64,000 nucleotides of DNA from a bacterium (GCA_023249975.1 JAHFBP010000008.1:6011-70010); one strand, 5' to 3'. Positions 10,166-20,506 are shown, numbered from the stretch's first letter. Program-made: numbers and translations. The notes: a model not told the origin generated them from the letters alone.

Positions 10166-11335
10166 TTGAAACCGCTCTTTGACTTTGGGTATATTCAAGT
10201 TGTAATGATTTGTTGGTTTCAATACAAGGAGTGTTACATGAATTTTCTTACCAAAATGAAATTGGGCCTTCGCACCATACTAGCCCTGGGCTGCATGGTC
10301 TTGATGGCCAGCGGAATACAAGCAATGCATTCAGTGCATTCAGTGCCAAAGGAGCATGCTGCTTCAGAACGAGGGTTGGGCTTTGGCGCAGATCAACAAC
10401 CCGGAAAATTTATCCGAGGTACAGGATCCGCTATCGCAGGCGCTGCAAGCGCTGCCTATCAATACGTTCCAAATTATCCAAGCTCTTTGCCAACAAGAGA
10501 ATCGATCAGTAAACGCATCCCAAGCAAAAGTGACATTGTACTTAAAGCTGTAGGTGGTGCCCGATACGCAGGAAAAAACAAACGCAAAGTCGCTTTGGGA
10601 GCGGCCGCTCTTGGCGCTACAGCATATGAATATTCTCGTGGCGGCCAAGATTTTAACAATGGCTGGGATGCAACAAAGGGTACTCGTACCAGAATGCAAG
10701 ACGGTTATCAAACCTATACCCCAGAGATGATTAAAGAAAATCCTGGATATGCTGCTGCTGCTGGAGCTGCCGGTGTTACTCTCGCGAGTGCTGCCGCATA
10801 TAAATTGAATAAAATGAGAGTTGCGCGAAATGCACAACAAGCTGCGTCAATGCCGACATTGGAAAATTTAGTAAATGCGCTTGAGGGCATGCATGAGGAT
10901 GAAATTTCTCTTGGTCATCTTGAGGACGAGAACTCTATTGATATTCTTGCTTCCAACATAGAAACTATAAATTCTTATATTGATTTTTTTCAGCGTGTTA
11001 GATCTGAAATTTTAAATCAAGAGAATAATGTCGATCAAAATAATGAATATGTTAAAAATGCACTCCAAATAATTGACCAACTCGTGCCACGCAAAGCTGA
11101 ATTCGAACAAACTCAATCCCCTGGATTCTTGAGCCGAGCGAAAACTGGAATTCGTGGCCTTGCAAGTCGATTTGATCCAAGAGATAGCAAACTTGACCCA
11201 CGAAAATGGAATTTAAAATTCTGGAATAGAAAAAGTACTTCAGGTGCTCCCCTGGGTGGTCTTCATGAACTAGGTGGAGGTCCTGCTGCTGGTGCTGGCA
11301 CTGGTGATGCTAATCTAGATACTCGTACCCCCTAA
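10166..11335 (+). CDS. Hypothetical exported protein with repeated Gly/Ala-rich hydrophobic helices (start probably ATG 10238)
   Basis: AGGAG RBS before MNFLTKMKLGLRTILALGCMVLMASGIQA; motifs KVALGAAALGATAY and NPGYAAAAGAAGVTLASAAAYK. Confidence 0.7.
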   Translation: MKPLFDFGYIQVVMICWFQYKECYMNFLTKMKLGLRTILALGCMVLMASGIQAMHSVHSVPKEHAASERGLGFGADQQPGKFIRGTGSAIAGAASAAYQYVPNYPSSLPTRESISKRIPSKSDIVLKAVGGARYAGKNKRKVALGAAALGATAYEYSRGGQDFNNGWDATKGTRTRMQDGYQTYTPEMIKENPGYAAAAGAAGVTLASAAAYKLNKMRVARNAQQAASMPTLENLVNALEGMHEDEISLGHLEDENSIDILASNIETINSYIDFFQRVRSEILNQENNVDQNNEYVKNALQIIDQLVPRKAEFEQTQSPGFLSRAKTGIRGLASRFDPRDSKLDPRKWNLKFWNRKSTSGAPLGGLHELGGGPAAGAGTGDANLDTRTP

Positions 11336-11359
11336 TAAATAACAAAACTCAAAATATTC

Positions 11360-11400
11360 AAAGCGGGAGACGGTTGCAAAACCGTCTCCCGCTTTGTTTT
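11360..11400. terminator. Intrinsic terminator between convergent genes
   Basis: aaagcgggagacggtt-gcaa-aaccgtctcccgcttt followed by T-rich tract. Confidence 0.85.
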
Positions 11401-11437
11401 TACCCAAAAGACTCTATTCCGCTTAGAGTAATTTTCC

Positions 11438-12622
11438 TTATTCACTCAAAAGTTTTTCAATTTCTGAAAATGGAATCATAGCTGTATTGCCGAACGTCCC
11501 TGTGCGGGTCCCCTCATAAATAACGTAGCCGCGCGCGGTAGAATCTAAGTCACAAAAATACTGCACATTATCAGTAAAATCTTTGCGAAATGTCATGCCT
11601 GATTTAATTTCAAGTGCTCGTGTTACCCCACCCCATTCAACGATAAGATCAATTTCGCGGCCTGTTCTGTCGCGCCAAAAATAGAGGTCTACTGGCAAGC
11701 CCCGATTAAGCCGTCCTTTGAGGACTTCGAGTATGACTAAATTTTCATACAGAGCGCCTTTTAAATAATGTGTTTCCACTTGAGCTTCTGTTTCAAGTCC
11801 AAGTAGTGAACAAACAACGCCCGTATCATAAAAATAAAGCTTGGGCATTTTAATGAGGCGTTTACTAAAATTTTTATAAAATGGACGCATGGTAAATACC
11901 AAATAACTCGCCTCAAGAATAGTAAGCCATTGACGTGCTGTGGTGTGTGAAATTCCGCAATCTTGAGCCAGTGAAGTGTAATTAATGACTTGCCCAACAC
12001 GCCCCGCACACAATTTGATGAATGTCTTGAAAAGGCCAAGGTCTCCAATGAGTTTGAGTTGGCGGATATCGCGCTCAATATAGGTTTGAACATAACTAGG
12101 ATAAAAATCAAGCGGATGCGCTCCTGTACTATATAATGCAGGGTACCCACCATAAAAAATGTTTTTCAGGGTATCTGGTGGCATATTAAGCTCGGATAAA
12201 CTTAAAGGCAGTAATGTTGTCATACCAATACGACCAGCCAGCGATTGTGTGATACTTTCGGTTAGAGCAAAATTTTGAGACCCTGTTAAAACAAAGCGCC
12301 CTTTTGCAGGTGAAGCATCAACAACACCTTGTAAATATGATAAAAGTTCTGGTGCATTTTGAACTTCATCAAGAATCACACCATCCTTATACTGGATAAA
12401 AAATTTACGCGGATCACTCAGAGCTTGTTCACGAACATCAAGATCTTCAAGAGTAAGGTAGGGAAGGTGCGGGAAATACAATTTAGCTAAAGTGGATTTC
12501 CCCGATTGACGAGGTCCCGTAATTCCAATAATTGGAAAAATCTTGCTCAGTCTTTCAAAAACAGAACTCATAGATCTTTTTAGCATATCAAATTTTCCAA
12601 ATCGGGCAGATTGAATTTTCAA
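11438..12622 (-). CDS. AAA_14 ATPase with DUF4143 C-terminal domain (start probably ATG 12586)
   Basis: Walker A GPRQSGKS, Walker B ILDEVQ, LTGS, SLAGR, PKLYFYDTG, EIDL...EIK. Confidence 0.9.
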   Translation of the reverse strand: MKIQSARFGKFDMLKRSMSSVFERLSKIFPIIGITGPRQSGKSTLAKLYFPHLPYLTLEDLDVREQALSDPRKFFIQYKDGVILDEVQNAPELLSYLQGVVDASPAKGRFVLTGSQNFALTESITQSLAGRIGMTTLLPLSLSELNMPPDTLKNIFYGGYPALYSTGAHPLDFYPSYVQTYIERDIRQLKLIGDLGLFKTFIKLCAGRVGQVINYTSLAQDCGISHTTARQWLTILEASYLVFTMRPFYKNFSKRLIKMPKLYFYDTGVVCSLLGLETEAQVETHYLKGALYENLVILEVLKGRLNRGLPVDLYFWRDRTGREIDLIVEWGGVTRALEIKSGMTFRKDFTDNVQYFCDLDSTARGYVIYEGTRTGTFGNTAMIPFSEIEKLLSE

Positions 12623-12641
12623 GTTTCAATCTGCCCGATTT
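12599..12641. promoter_or_regulatory. Perfect 17-bp inverted repeat upstream of the AAA/DUF4143 gene
   Basis: aaatcgggcagattgaa-N9-ttcaatctgcccgattt. Confidence 0.55.
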
Positions 12642-12684
12642 AAGTAAGAATCACAACAAAACCTAAAAAACTCTATGAAAATGC

Positions 12685-14217
12685 TTAAAATGCTATTCCA
12701 ACTTTCACAAATCCATCCCAACTTCGTGGAGCGACGCGTGCCTCATTGGAAAAATTCACGGCACCACCAAGGGCAAAAGCCCATGAGACCGCATCCACAT
12801 CACCCGTCATGCCCACGGATCCAAAAAATGTATGGAACGTTTGGGCCGGATGGTTCAGTTGCAAATTGTCGTGATTAATGGGCGTGGCAGTTGGCGTGGC
12901 AAGTGCAATGTTGGCTGCGGCAGAAATCGCTGGGCTGTAAGCCGGGGCTATCAAGTAAATGGCATTGTCTACCCATGGCGTATCAAAATGATTTGCTTCT
13001 TCTTGTTTGTGGCACACTTGATACCCAAATTCTGCGGCGGTTTTTTTGTAGGTCATACACACGCGCAGATTAGTCATAAATGTGCTACGTGGCGTGACTT
13101 TGAATTTCTGCACCAGGGCATTGGCCGCAGGAACAAACTGCGACGTAAGAGCAGCTATAGCAGGCTGTGCAGCTGTCACCGTCAACCGATACTTACCCCA
13201 AACCGTATTTTGAATATCAGGGACACGAATTTGGGTGCTGGTCAATCCATAACGATACAATACGTCGCCGGCGAGCCACACGTTTCGAGAATCGTCAGAA
13301 TCGTCCCCAGGTAGCCCTGAACTTGTCGAAGGAGAATATAATTGCACACGCCCACGGGCACCCGCGCCGACAAACCAACTGTGATTCCCCGCAATGGGTT
13401 CGAGCAAAAATTCACCGGAGGGTTTGTTGCCGGTGGGGATAAGAAGATCGGCAAAAACAGTCAGAGCCTCCTTTTCTTCATCAGTAATGGCATAGCGCAC
13501 TTGAACGTCAATGTCAGAAGTTCGTACGGTTTCATGCGATTTTCCATCAATTTTTGCACTGGTCAGAGCCGCCTGATACGCGGATGAGCCATTTCCTGCA
13601 AGATAGTCAGCAAATGTTGACGGAGCCACGGCAACGAGTGGATTGTTATAGGCCAGGTCGTTGATGAAACTTGATTGCAGATTGGTCGTGTTTTGCACCA
13701 CAGCCGTATTAATGGCCACAGAAAACGATTCAAATCCCTCACCAAATTGGACCGAAACGGCAAAGTGGGCCCCCACGCTCTTCTGCCAAGGCTCAAGCCT
13801 TATGGCAGCTTGACTGCCCGCAATGGCCCCTGCAGAAGCTCCCGCTGCAATGGGCCCACCCGGCACAACCGTTGTATCGCGAAACACAGAATCGTAACTC
13901 AGTTCAGCATTTCCAGCCTTTGGTGTTTTTTTGAGGGTCACCACATTCGAGCCAACTGAACCGAAATATTGCCCCAACTTTATGCCATCAAACGTTCGAC
14001 TGTAAAACGGCGTTGTCATGAGAGTAAATTTAGCTTTTTCAGAATCTCGGTCACTGAGCATCGACATAAAAGCACCACCCAGCACCTTGTCTTGTTCTTT
14101 TTGAGCGTTCAAAAAGCTCCGGTCAGTGTCGAGAGCCGCAGCCTGGCAAGCCCCACCTAAAAGCAGAAGCAGACTCAAAAACGGCAAAAACTTCTTCATT
14201 AAACACCCCTTTTTCAT
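12685..14217 (-). CDS. Putative outer-membrane beta-barrel protein (paralog of 18699-20192)
   Basis: Signal peptide, alternating beta-strand pattern, C-terminal WDGFVKVGIAF ending in Phe. Confidence 0.65.
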   Translation of the reverse strand: MKKGCLMKKFLPFLSLLLLLGGACQAAALDTDRSFLNAQKEQDKVLGGAFMSMLSDRDSEKAKFTLMTTPFYSRTFDGIKLGQYFGSVGSNVVTLKKTPKAGNAELSYDSVFRDTTVVPGGPIAAGASAGAIAGSQAAIRLEPWQKSVGAHFAVSVQFGEGFESFSVAINTAVVQNTTNLQSSFINDLAYNNPLVAVAPSTFADYLAGNGSSAYQAALTSAKIDGKSHETVRTSDIDVQVRYAITDEEKEALTVFADLLIPTGNKPSGEFLLEPIAGNHSWFVGAGARGRVQLYSPSTSSGLPGDDSDDSRNVWLAGDVLYRYGLTSTQIRVPDIQNTVWGKYRLTVTAAQPAIAALTSQFVPAANALVQKFKVTPRSTFMTNLRVCMTYKKTAAEFGYQVCHKQEEANHFDTPWVDNAIYLIAPAYSPAISAAANIALATPTATPINHDNLQLNHPAQTFHTFFGSVGMTGDVDAVSWAFALGGAVNFSNEARVAPRSWDGFVKVGIAF

Positions 14218-14231
14218 GATTTATGTCTCAC

Positions 14232-14287
14232 CCCCCCCACCCCGCATTCCCTGCCTGTCCGCCAGGTTACCGCAGCAGCCCGCATGT
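14232..14287. repeat. Family A left end fused to a family B element (degenerate)
   Basis: accccgcattccctg|cctgtccgcc..., the same junction as at ~2129. Confidence 0.65.
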
Positions 14288-14378
14288 AAGTCAAGAAAGA
14301 ATAGTGGAATATTTACAATCAGCACATAGATAGCTTAATTTTAAGATATGGGCAAGCATTAAGCCCGCTACCAAAAAT

Positions 14379-15436
14379 ATGGGGACTGTAAAAATGCTGA
14401 TCAAAAAACTGCTCAAAACTTTCGCGCTATTCGGTGGAATTTTATGCGGTGGATCCATCGTAATGAATGCAATGGCTCCGGTATCGGTACGCCAAAAACC
14501 TAATGAAAAACCTGGCGCCCTCTTACAATCAACCTATAGATCAAGAGGAACTCTGAATTTGCCACCCGCAGCTGGCCACCGATCAGGACCCAACGGCCCC
14601 GTTGTTCAAGGCGGAGGCAACTGGTTTCTAGCTGATGGCAAATGGGTTACAGATTTATTCAAGTCTGATAAGGAGAGGTCAGGTATATCTGGATCCCGAG
14701 CATCAAAGAGCTGTATAAATTTCAACTTTCAACAGAACCCAACCTTACCTGTTTGCAATATTTGAAAACTACAGCAAATGAAAATGGCTATGCAGATTTG
14801 AATGACGTGCTCGAGACAGCACAACAACAAGCTCATACCGAATTGGATGATGAAGCTGAGAGAGAAGAAAAAAAAGAGCGACATAAGAATTTTACATTAT
14901 TAGAAAAGAGGCCTTTTTGGAAAATACTAAAGCCTATTTCATCTACTTCATCTACCGAATACCTTGACCTCCCCCCTGCTCGGACTGGGCAACCTGTAAC
15001 AACACCCCGTGAACTTGAACCTCACGAGCCAATAATTACTCAGGGAGAGGAGACTTTCATCGAGGAATTCAAAGACCCTAATATGAGCAATGCGACCAAG
15101 GCTGGAATTGGGCTTGCTGCCATTGCTGCAACTGCTGGAATTGGTAAATGGGCAAAAGGCCGATATGATCGCAACAGATCCCCAATTATTGTACCAGAAC
15201 CTGAGGTGGAAAGTGATCCACAAACACGAGTCATAGAAGATCTTTTGAACACGAATGAAGAGTTTGTTTCTGACATAGAAAGAGCCCGTATTGCCGCGGC
15301 TCTCAACAAAATCTCATTTGATAATAGATTACCAATAGCCACACGTGATAAAGCTCATGATTTAGCACAACAAGTGGGGAATGGTGGAAGCATCAACAAC
15401 CAAGACGTTCGCCAAATGTTGACAGGAGCACAATAA
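14379..15436 (+). pseudogene. Frameshifted secreted modular protein (ORFs 14379-14765 and 14753-15436) with the shared C-terminal module
   Basis: First ORF carries the signal peptide; second frame is open from 14672 and carries TKAGIGLAAIAATAGIGKW and IEDLL...DLAQQV. Confidence 0.6.
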
Positions 15437-17394
15437 TGAAAAGGATATTGAATATGTTACACACACCTTTGATTGTTACCCGTGAACTGCTACCTGCTCT
15501 TCGTAATCTGAGCGTAATAGTGCTCTGTTTGCTCATAAACACAGAAGTGGCCTTGCCGCTCGTGATTAAAAATGAAGATAAAGAGGCTTTTAATGATGCA
15601 GTAATCACAGACCGAGAAAATTTAAAAAAAATCGTTGTGCCTCAAAATCTTACAACCCTTATTGAAAACACAACTGCTGCAAAAACGGCTCTTACCAAGA
15701 TTCGTAATAAAATAAATAGTGCCCAGAATAACACTAATACTCTTAATATTAATGATGAGTGGATTACTTCTCTTTGTGCAGCTCAAAAAATCATTGACGA
15801 CAGCGCTCCACAAACCTGGAGCCAATGGGTTTTGCGCAGATCACCATTCACTTTCACCTCGCTCACATTTTTAGAAAAACATTATCACACTGAACTTAAT
15901 CAGGCCAAACAACAACAGGCCGATCAGAAACAAGCACTTGAAGAACTAAACCAAAAGGAAGACACTGCCCGTATTGCCGAAGAAAATGATGCTCGAAATG
16001 AAGTGGCCAATGCTGAATGGGCTCAATATGAAGCTCGCGATAACAAAGTTATGGCTAAAAGAGAGGCAAGACAACTTCGCGCAGAAAATTTCCAAAAACA
16101 ACTTCACAGTGGAGAACTTGGACTGGAAGAGATAGAGCGCACACAAAAATACGGCCCCGCAGAAAAATTTAATCCTTCACCACTTGATTCAATCACAGAA
16201 GAAGAAGAAGAAGCAGAAGATGTGAGATCTCAATTTTTGAGAGAAATGCAATCATCACTCAAAAAACAAAGGGCTCGTGTATTGGGAAACTCGATACGAC
16301 ATCAAAAAGAAGAAGAAGAAGAAAAAATGGCTAAAAGAGAGGCAAGACTTCGCGCAGAAGAATTCCCCAAAAAACTTCGCAGTGGAGAACTTGGACTGGA
16401 AGATATAGAGCGCACACAAAAATACGGCCCCGCAGAAAAATTTAATCCTTCACCACTTGATTCAATCACAGAAGAAACTAATGAAGAAATGACCGCAGCC
16501 CAAGCCCCCATCGTACTCGCTGGGCAATATATTTACTTGGCGGAACAAGCTGATATTTCGCAAAACACTTTTGAAGGCAATCCCATTGAGATAAAGGAAG
16601 CCTTGATCAAAGACATTGCCACCGTGACGGCTATGCCCAATCTTAATGCCACAGCTCGAAATGCCATTCTTAAACCATTAAAATTGATGCAAACCGACTT
16701 GGCTGACAATCGGGGATGGTTTTCAAATCAAGGATTCGAGTTTGGTCCAAAAATTGAGCATCAAAATATTTATACTTTATATGAAGCTCAAATTTACCGC
16801 CAATTAGAACTGCAAACCCTTGCACAATTGGAACATAAATTTCGTAATAATACAACTGTTAAAACCATTCTTGGTGGCCTGAAACAACGTGCCCAAGAAC
16901 ACGTGAACCAAAGAGCCCGGCAACGACTTCAGGCACAATTGAGAATGGTTCGATCGAAAAACATTTTACCTGCACTAAGAGCCAAAAAAGAACTGGAAAG
17001 AAAGCGCCAACTTACCAAGGCGGCACTTGGAGTTGGAGCAATTGCGGCCACTGCAGGAGCTGCCAAGTGGCTCAAAGACAAACGGGCTCAAAAAAAGACG
17101 GCGACGACTACCCCTGAAGTTGGTGCTGAACCAATTGCAACACTTGAACCTGTAATTGATAGTGAGACAGAGATCAAAGCACACATCATTGAAGATATTT
17201 TGGCCACTGATATGGCAACAATTTCTCCCGAACAAAGGGATATACTTGCCATTGCTCTGACCCGCGTTCAATTTGATCAAAACTTACCCCCTGCCACCAG
17301 AGAACGTGCTCGTGACCTGGCACAAGAAATTTTGAGTGGTGGTGCCGTGAGCGGCCAAGAAATTAAAAACCTGTTGGCTCTGATGCCCGCTTAG
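15436..17394 (+). CDS. Coiled-coil modular protein with internal duplication and the shared C-terminal module
   Basis: Hydrophobic N-terminal segment; TKAALGVGAIAATAGAAKWLKDKR; IIEDIL...LPPATRERARDLAQEI. Confidence 0.75.
   Translation: MKRILNMLHTPLIVTRELLPALRNLSVIVLCLLINTEVALPLVIKNEDKEAFNDAVITDRENLKKIVVPQNLTTLIENTTAAKTALTKIRNKINSAQNNTNTLNINDEWITSLCAAQKIIDDSAPQTWSQWVLRRSPFTFTSLTFLEKHYHTELNQAKQQQADQKQALEELNQKEDTARIAEENDARNEVANAEWAQYEARDNKVMAKREARQLRAENFQKQLHSGELGLEEIERTQKYGPAEKFNPSPLDSITEEEEEAEDVRSQFLREMQSSLKKQRARVLGNSIRHQKEEEEEKMAKREARLRAEEFPKKLRSGELGLEDIERTQKYGPAEKFNPSPLDSITEETNEEMTAAQAPIVLAGQYIYLAEQADISQNTFEGNPIEIKEALIKDIATVTAMPNLNATARNAILKPLKLMQTDLADNRGWFSNQGFEFGPKIEHQNIYTLYEAQIYRQLELQTLAQLEHKFRNNTTVKTILGGLKQRAQEHVNQRARQRLQAQLRMVRSKNILPALRAKKELERKRQLTKAALGVGAIAATAGAAKWLKDKRAQKKTATTTPEVGAEPIATLEPVIDSETEIKAHIIEDILATDMATISPEQRDILAIALTRVQFDQNLPPATRERARDLAQEILSGGAVSGQEIKNLLALMPA
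16051..16477 (+). repeat. Two ~150-bp direct repeats within the CDS (16051-16203 and 16328-16477)
   Basis: MAKREAR...GELGLE.IERTQKYGPAEKFNPSPLDSITEE encoded twice with near-identical DNA. Confidence 0.92.
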
Positions 17395-17400
17395 CTACGC

Positions 17401-18612
17401 CTACCACTGAGCAATGTCTGATGCATTTTTCCAACTGATGGTTCGGCCACGAGCTTCATGGTGATTTTCGGCTCCGCCATAAATAAGGCATGCTGTTGCG
17501 TAATCTTTTTTTCCGATATCGCACCAGTAATGCAATTCTTTAAAAAAGTCAGCGCTGACTTTTTGGCTTGATTTAATTTCAACAGGAACAAGCCCTTCCG
17601 ACCCATAGTCAAAGAGACAATCTAGCTCATGCCCCTGAGTATCACGCCAAAAGAACATAAAGCGGCTTGGACTTTTGCCTATACTGTAAAATTTTTTACA
17701 AAATTCCATAATAATCAACGTTTCAAAAAGATTTCCGCGCAAATCATGAAACGCTAGGGTTTCAACCGACTTGATATTCAACAACCAACAAGCAAGTCCA
17801 GTATCACAAAAATATAACTTTGGTGATTTTACTAATACTTTTCCATAATTTTTGTAATAAGGCGGGAGTAAATCAATGATATAACTAGCACATAAAATAT
17901 TAATCCATTCATTAGCCTTTTCAACAGTAATTTTGCAGTCATTGGCTAATGCAGAAATATTCAAAAGCTGTCCGGTACGAATTGCGCATAACCCCATGAA
18001 TTTGCGAAAAGTAATGGGGTCAATGACTTTATCTAATTGCCGAACATCACGCTCAAGATAGGTATTAACATAGCTTTCGTAAAATTCTTCTGGTTCAGTA
18101 TATTTACATATGATTCTAGCATATCCGCCATTAAATATGGCTTGATTTACATCTTCTTTCAGCAAGTTATTAGAAGATAATTCTTTAAGCGAAAGCGGGA
18201 GCATGTTAAAAATGTAAACACGCCCTGCCAGTGACTGGGTGATATACTGGTTCATTAAAAAGTTGTGTGAGCCGGTTAAGATAAAATAACCAGGCCTTTC
18301 GGTGTCATTAAATCGGTCATGGTCGATAATGCCTTGTAAATATGACAAAATATCTGGCTCAAGCTGAAACTCATCAATAATCATACCTGATGCATTATGA
18401 TCACGTGTTAAAAAATCTTCGATATCTTCGCGAATCATTTTTCGTGTTTTAGGGTTTTCTAGTGAAAAATACGCATGGTTGGGAAATGTTTCTTGGGCAA
18501 GTGTTGTTTTTCCAGATTGTCTCGGTCCGAGAATAGCAATTATAGACCATCGTTTGGCAAAATCGCTCAGCCGTTCTTCATAATTTCTAGGAATATATTT
18601 TTTAGGATTCAC
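17401..18612 (-). CDS. AAA_14 ATPase with DUF4143 domain (close paralog of 42705-43925)
   Basis: GPRQSGKT, IIDEFQ, LTGS, SLAGR, PKLYFCDTG, ELD...EIK. Confidence 0.9.
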   Translation of the reverse strand: MNPKKYIPRNYEERLSDFAKRWSIIAILGPRQSGKTTLAQETFPNHAYFSLENPKTRKMIREDIEDFLTRDHNASGMIIDEFQLEPDILSYLQGIIDHDRFNDTERPGYFILTGSHNFLMNQYITQSLAGRVYIFNMLPLSLKELSSNNLLKEDVNQAIFNGGYARIICKYTEPEEFYESYVNTYLERDVRQLDKVIDPITFRKFMGLCAIRTGQLLNISALANDCKITVEKANEWINILCASYIIDLLPPYYKNYGKVLVKSPKLYFCDTGLACWLLNIKSVETLAFHDLRGNLFETLIIMEFCKKFYSIGKSPSRFMFFWRDTQGHELDCLFDYGSEGLVPVEIKSSQKVSADFFKELHYWCDIGKKDYATACLIYGGAENHHEARGRTISWKNASDIAQW

Positions 18613-18698
18613 AAAATTCCTTTTATTGGTAACTGTGGCGCCTTAAGCACATACGAGTAGAATACACAAATGGGCAGAACTTGCGTAGCGCCCTTCTA

Positions 18699-20192
18699 TT
18701 AAAACGTAATTCCTAATTTAACAAATCCATCCCATGAGCGTGGAGCAACGCGAGCCTGGCTGGAAAGATTGACGGCAAATCCGGCTGCAAGCGCCCAAGA
18801 TTTGGATTCCTTGTCATCGGTCATGCCAAATGTTGCAAAAAGTGAATGGAACGATTGAGAAGGATGATTGAGTTCAAAGTTATCTTTATTGATTGCCACA
18901 ACCTGCCCTGTTGCAATATTCGTCGTCACAGTGCTGGTTTGAACATAGGCATCCAAGATTCTGTAAACCGCATTGTCTGCCCAATCAGTTTTTAAGGTAT
19001 TGGCCTCTTCTTGTTTGTAGCAAAATTGATACCCAATTTCCGCGTTTGCCCATTCGTACGCCATGCACACTTTGCTATTAAACTTGAATGTGCCGCGCGG
19101 CCGAACTTCAATTTCTTGGGTGACAATGTTGGCCGCAGGAATAAATTGCGAAGTGTTGGCCGCAATTGCCAGCTGCCCTGCCTGAACCGTCAATTGATAT
19201 TTACCCCATGTCGTGCCCTTAATATCTGGCACACGAATTTGATTACTCTTCAAACCGTAGCGCCACAGAGCATCTGCAACCAGCCACATGCGAGGAGTTT
19301 GTGCATCACCTTCGTACAATTGAGCACGACCACACACCCCAGCTCCACCAAACCAACTGCGACCACCAACAACAGGTTCAAACAAAAATTCACCCGTAGG
19401 TTCAGTTCCGGTAGGAATAAGGAAATCTGCAAATACACTCAGCGCCTGCGTTTCTTCTTCGTTGATGGCATAGCGAAGCTGAACATTGACATCAGAAAGC
19501 CGAGTCGCGCTGCGTGCGTTTCCGTCGATTTTTGCCTTGGCCAGAGCAACTTGAAACGGTGACGATCCAATTCCCGCAAGATAATCACTCACCGATGACG
19601 ATGCATTGGTGTTGAGCACATCACCCGTAACACTTTTTTCCAAAACAGTTTTATTTCGCACAACGGCGGTATTAACAGCAAGTGAAAATCCTTCAAGTCC
19701 TTGGCACATTTTTACGGTTGCTGCCAAATGGCCGCCAAACGAAATTTGACGCGGCTCAAGAGTTATTACTCCCTCATTGGCTGCCACAATAACCAGTGGA
19801 GCGGCTGTTGCTTTGTCTCTCAGCATAAGTTTGATGTCAACTTCTGAAGCGCCAGCGGTTGGTGTGTTCTTTGTCGCCACGGCATTTGAAGCTGCAACTC
19901 CAAAGTATTGGCCAATTTTACCGCTACTGAATGTGCGGCTGTAAAATGGCGTTGCGATCAAACTTATTTGAGGCTTATCGGAACCTGAGGCGTCATATTC
20001 TGTATTTTTTTCCAAGCGTTGACGATTGCGATCACGTAAAAGTTCATTGAACCCTGACCCAAATGTTTTGTCCTGTTCATTTTGAAGATTCAAAAAACTA
20101 CGATCTGAGTCAAGTGCCGTGGCTTGGCAAACCTGAATCAATAACAAATTGCCCACAAACACAAATAAACTTAAAAATCGTAAAATTTTCAT
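18699..20192 (-). CDS. Putative outer-membrane beta-barrel protein (paralog of 12685-14217)
   Basis: Shared blocks ALD.DRSFLN, TPFYSRTF, LIPTG..P.GEFL.EP, ARVAPRSWDGFVK.GI.F. Confidence 0.65.
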   Translation of the reverse strand: MKILRFLSLFVFVGNLLLIQVCQATALDSDRSFLNLQNEQDKTFGSGFNELLRDRNRQRLEKNTEYDASGSDKPQISLIATPFYSRTFSSGKIGQYFGVAASNAVATKNTPTAGASEVDIKLMLRDKATAAPLVIVAANEGVITLEPRQISFGGHLAATVKMCQGLEGFSLAVNTAVVRNKTVLEKSVTGDVLNTNASSSVSDYLAGIGSSPFQVALAKAKIDGNARSATRLSDVNVQLRYAINEEETQALSVFADFLIPTGTEPTGEFLFEPVVGGRSWFGGAGVCGRAQLYEGDAQTPRMWLVADALWRYGLKSNQIRVPDIKGTTWGKYQLTVQAGQLAIAANTSQFIPAANIVTQEIEVRPRGTFKFNSKVCMAYEWANAEIGYQFCYKQEEANTLKTDWADNAVYRILDAYVQTSTVTTNIATGQVVAINKDNFELNHPSQSFHSLFATFGMTDDKESKSWALAAGFAVNLSSQARVAPRSWDGFVKLGITF

Positions 20193-20343
20193 ATCAAACC
20201 CTATTCCAGGAATTATTGGCTTTTTAAGGAGAACAACGCCATGTTACCTCATGATCAAGCCCCTAAGTCAACAAAGAATAGGTGTAAATACAGCCAAATA
20301 GATTAAAAAATAACAAAAAGTGTCAAAAATAGGCAAAAACCTC

Positions 20344-20371
20344 TTGCAGCATCATTTTTGACCTGTATACT
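20344..20371 (+). promoter_or_regulatory. Putative sigma70 promoter of the stable-RNA unit
   Basis: TTGCAG-N16-TATACT preceded by an A-rich UP-like tract. Confidence 0.5.
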
Positions 20372-20506
20372 TATAAAGCATGAATGAGATCGCATACGCC
20401 TCTTATCTAAGAGGCCATTCCGCATTCTGAAGGGGTTAAACCTTTCTCAGTGACTGTGCGACTCTCATCCATGTATCTTGAAATTTTTTAAAAAAATTAT
20501 GGTTAT

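Noticed and set aside
20398-20460. SAM-I riboswitch (ctcttatc..gag start)
   Set aside because: The GCAACC, GGTGC and closing GATAAG elements are missing; the segment folds as a simple local hairpin.
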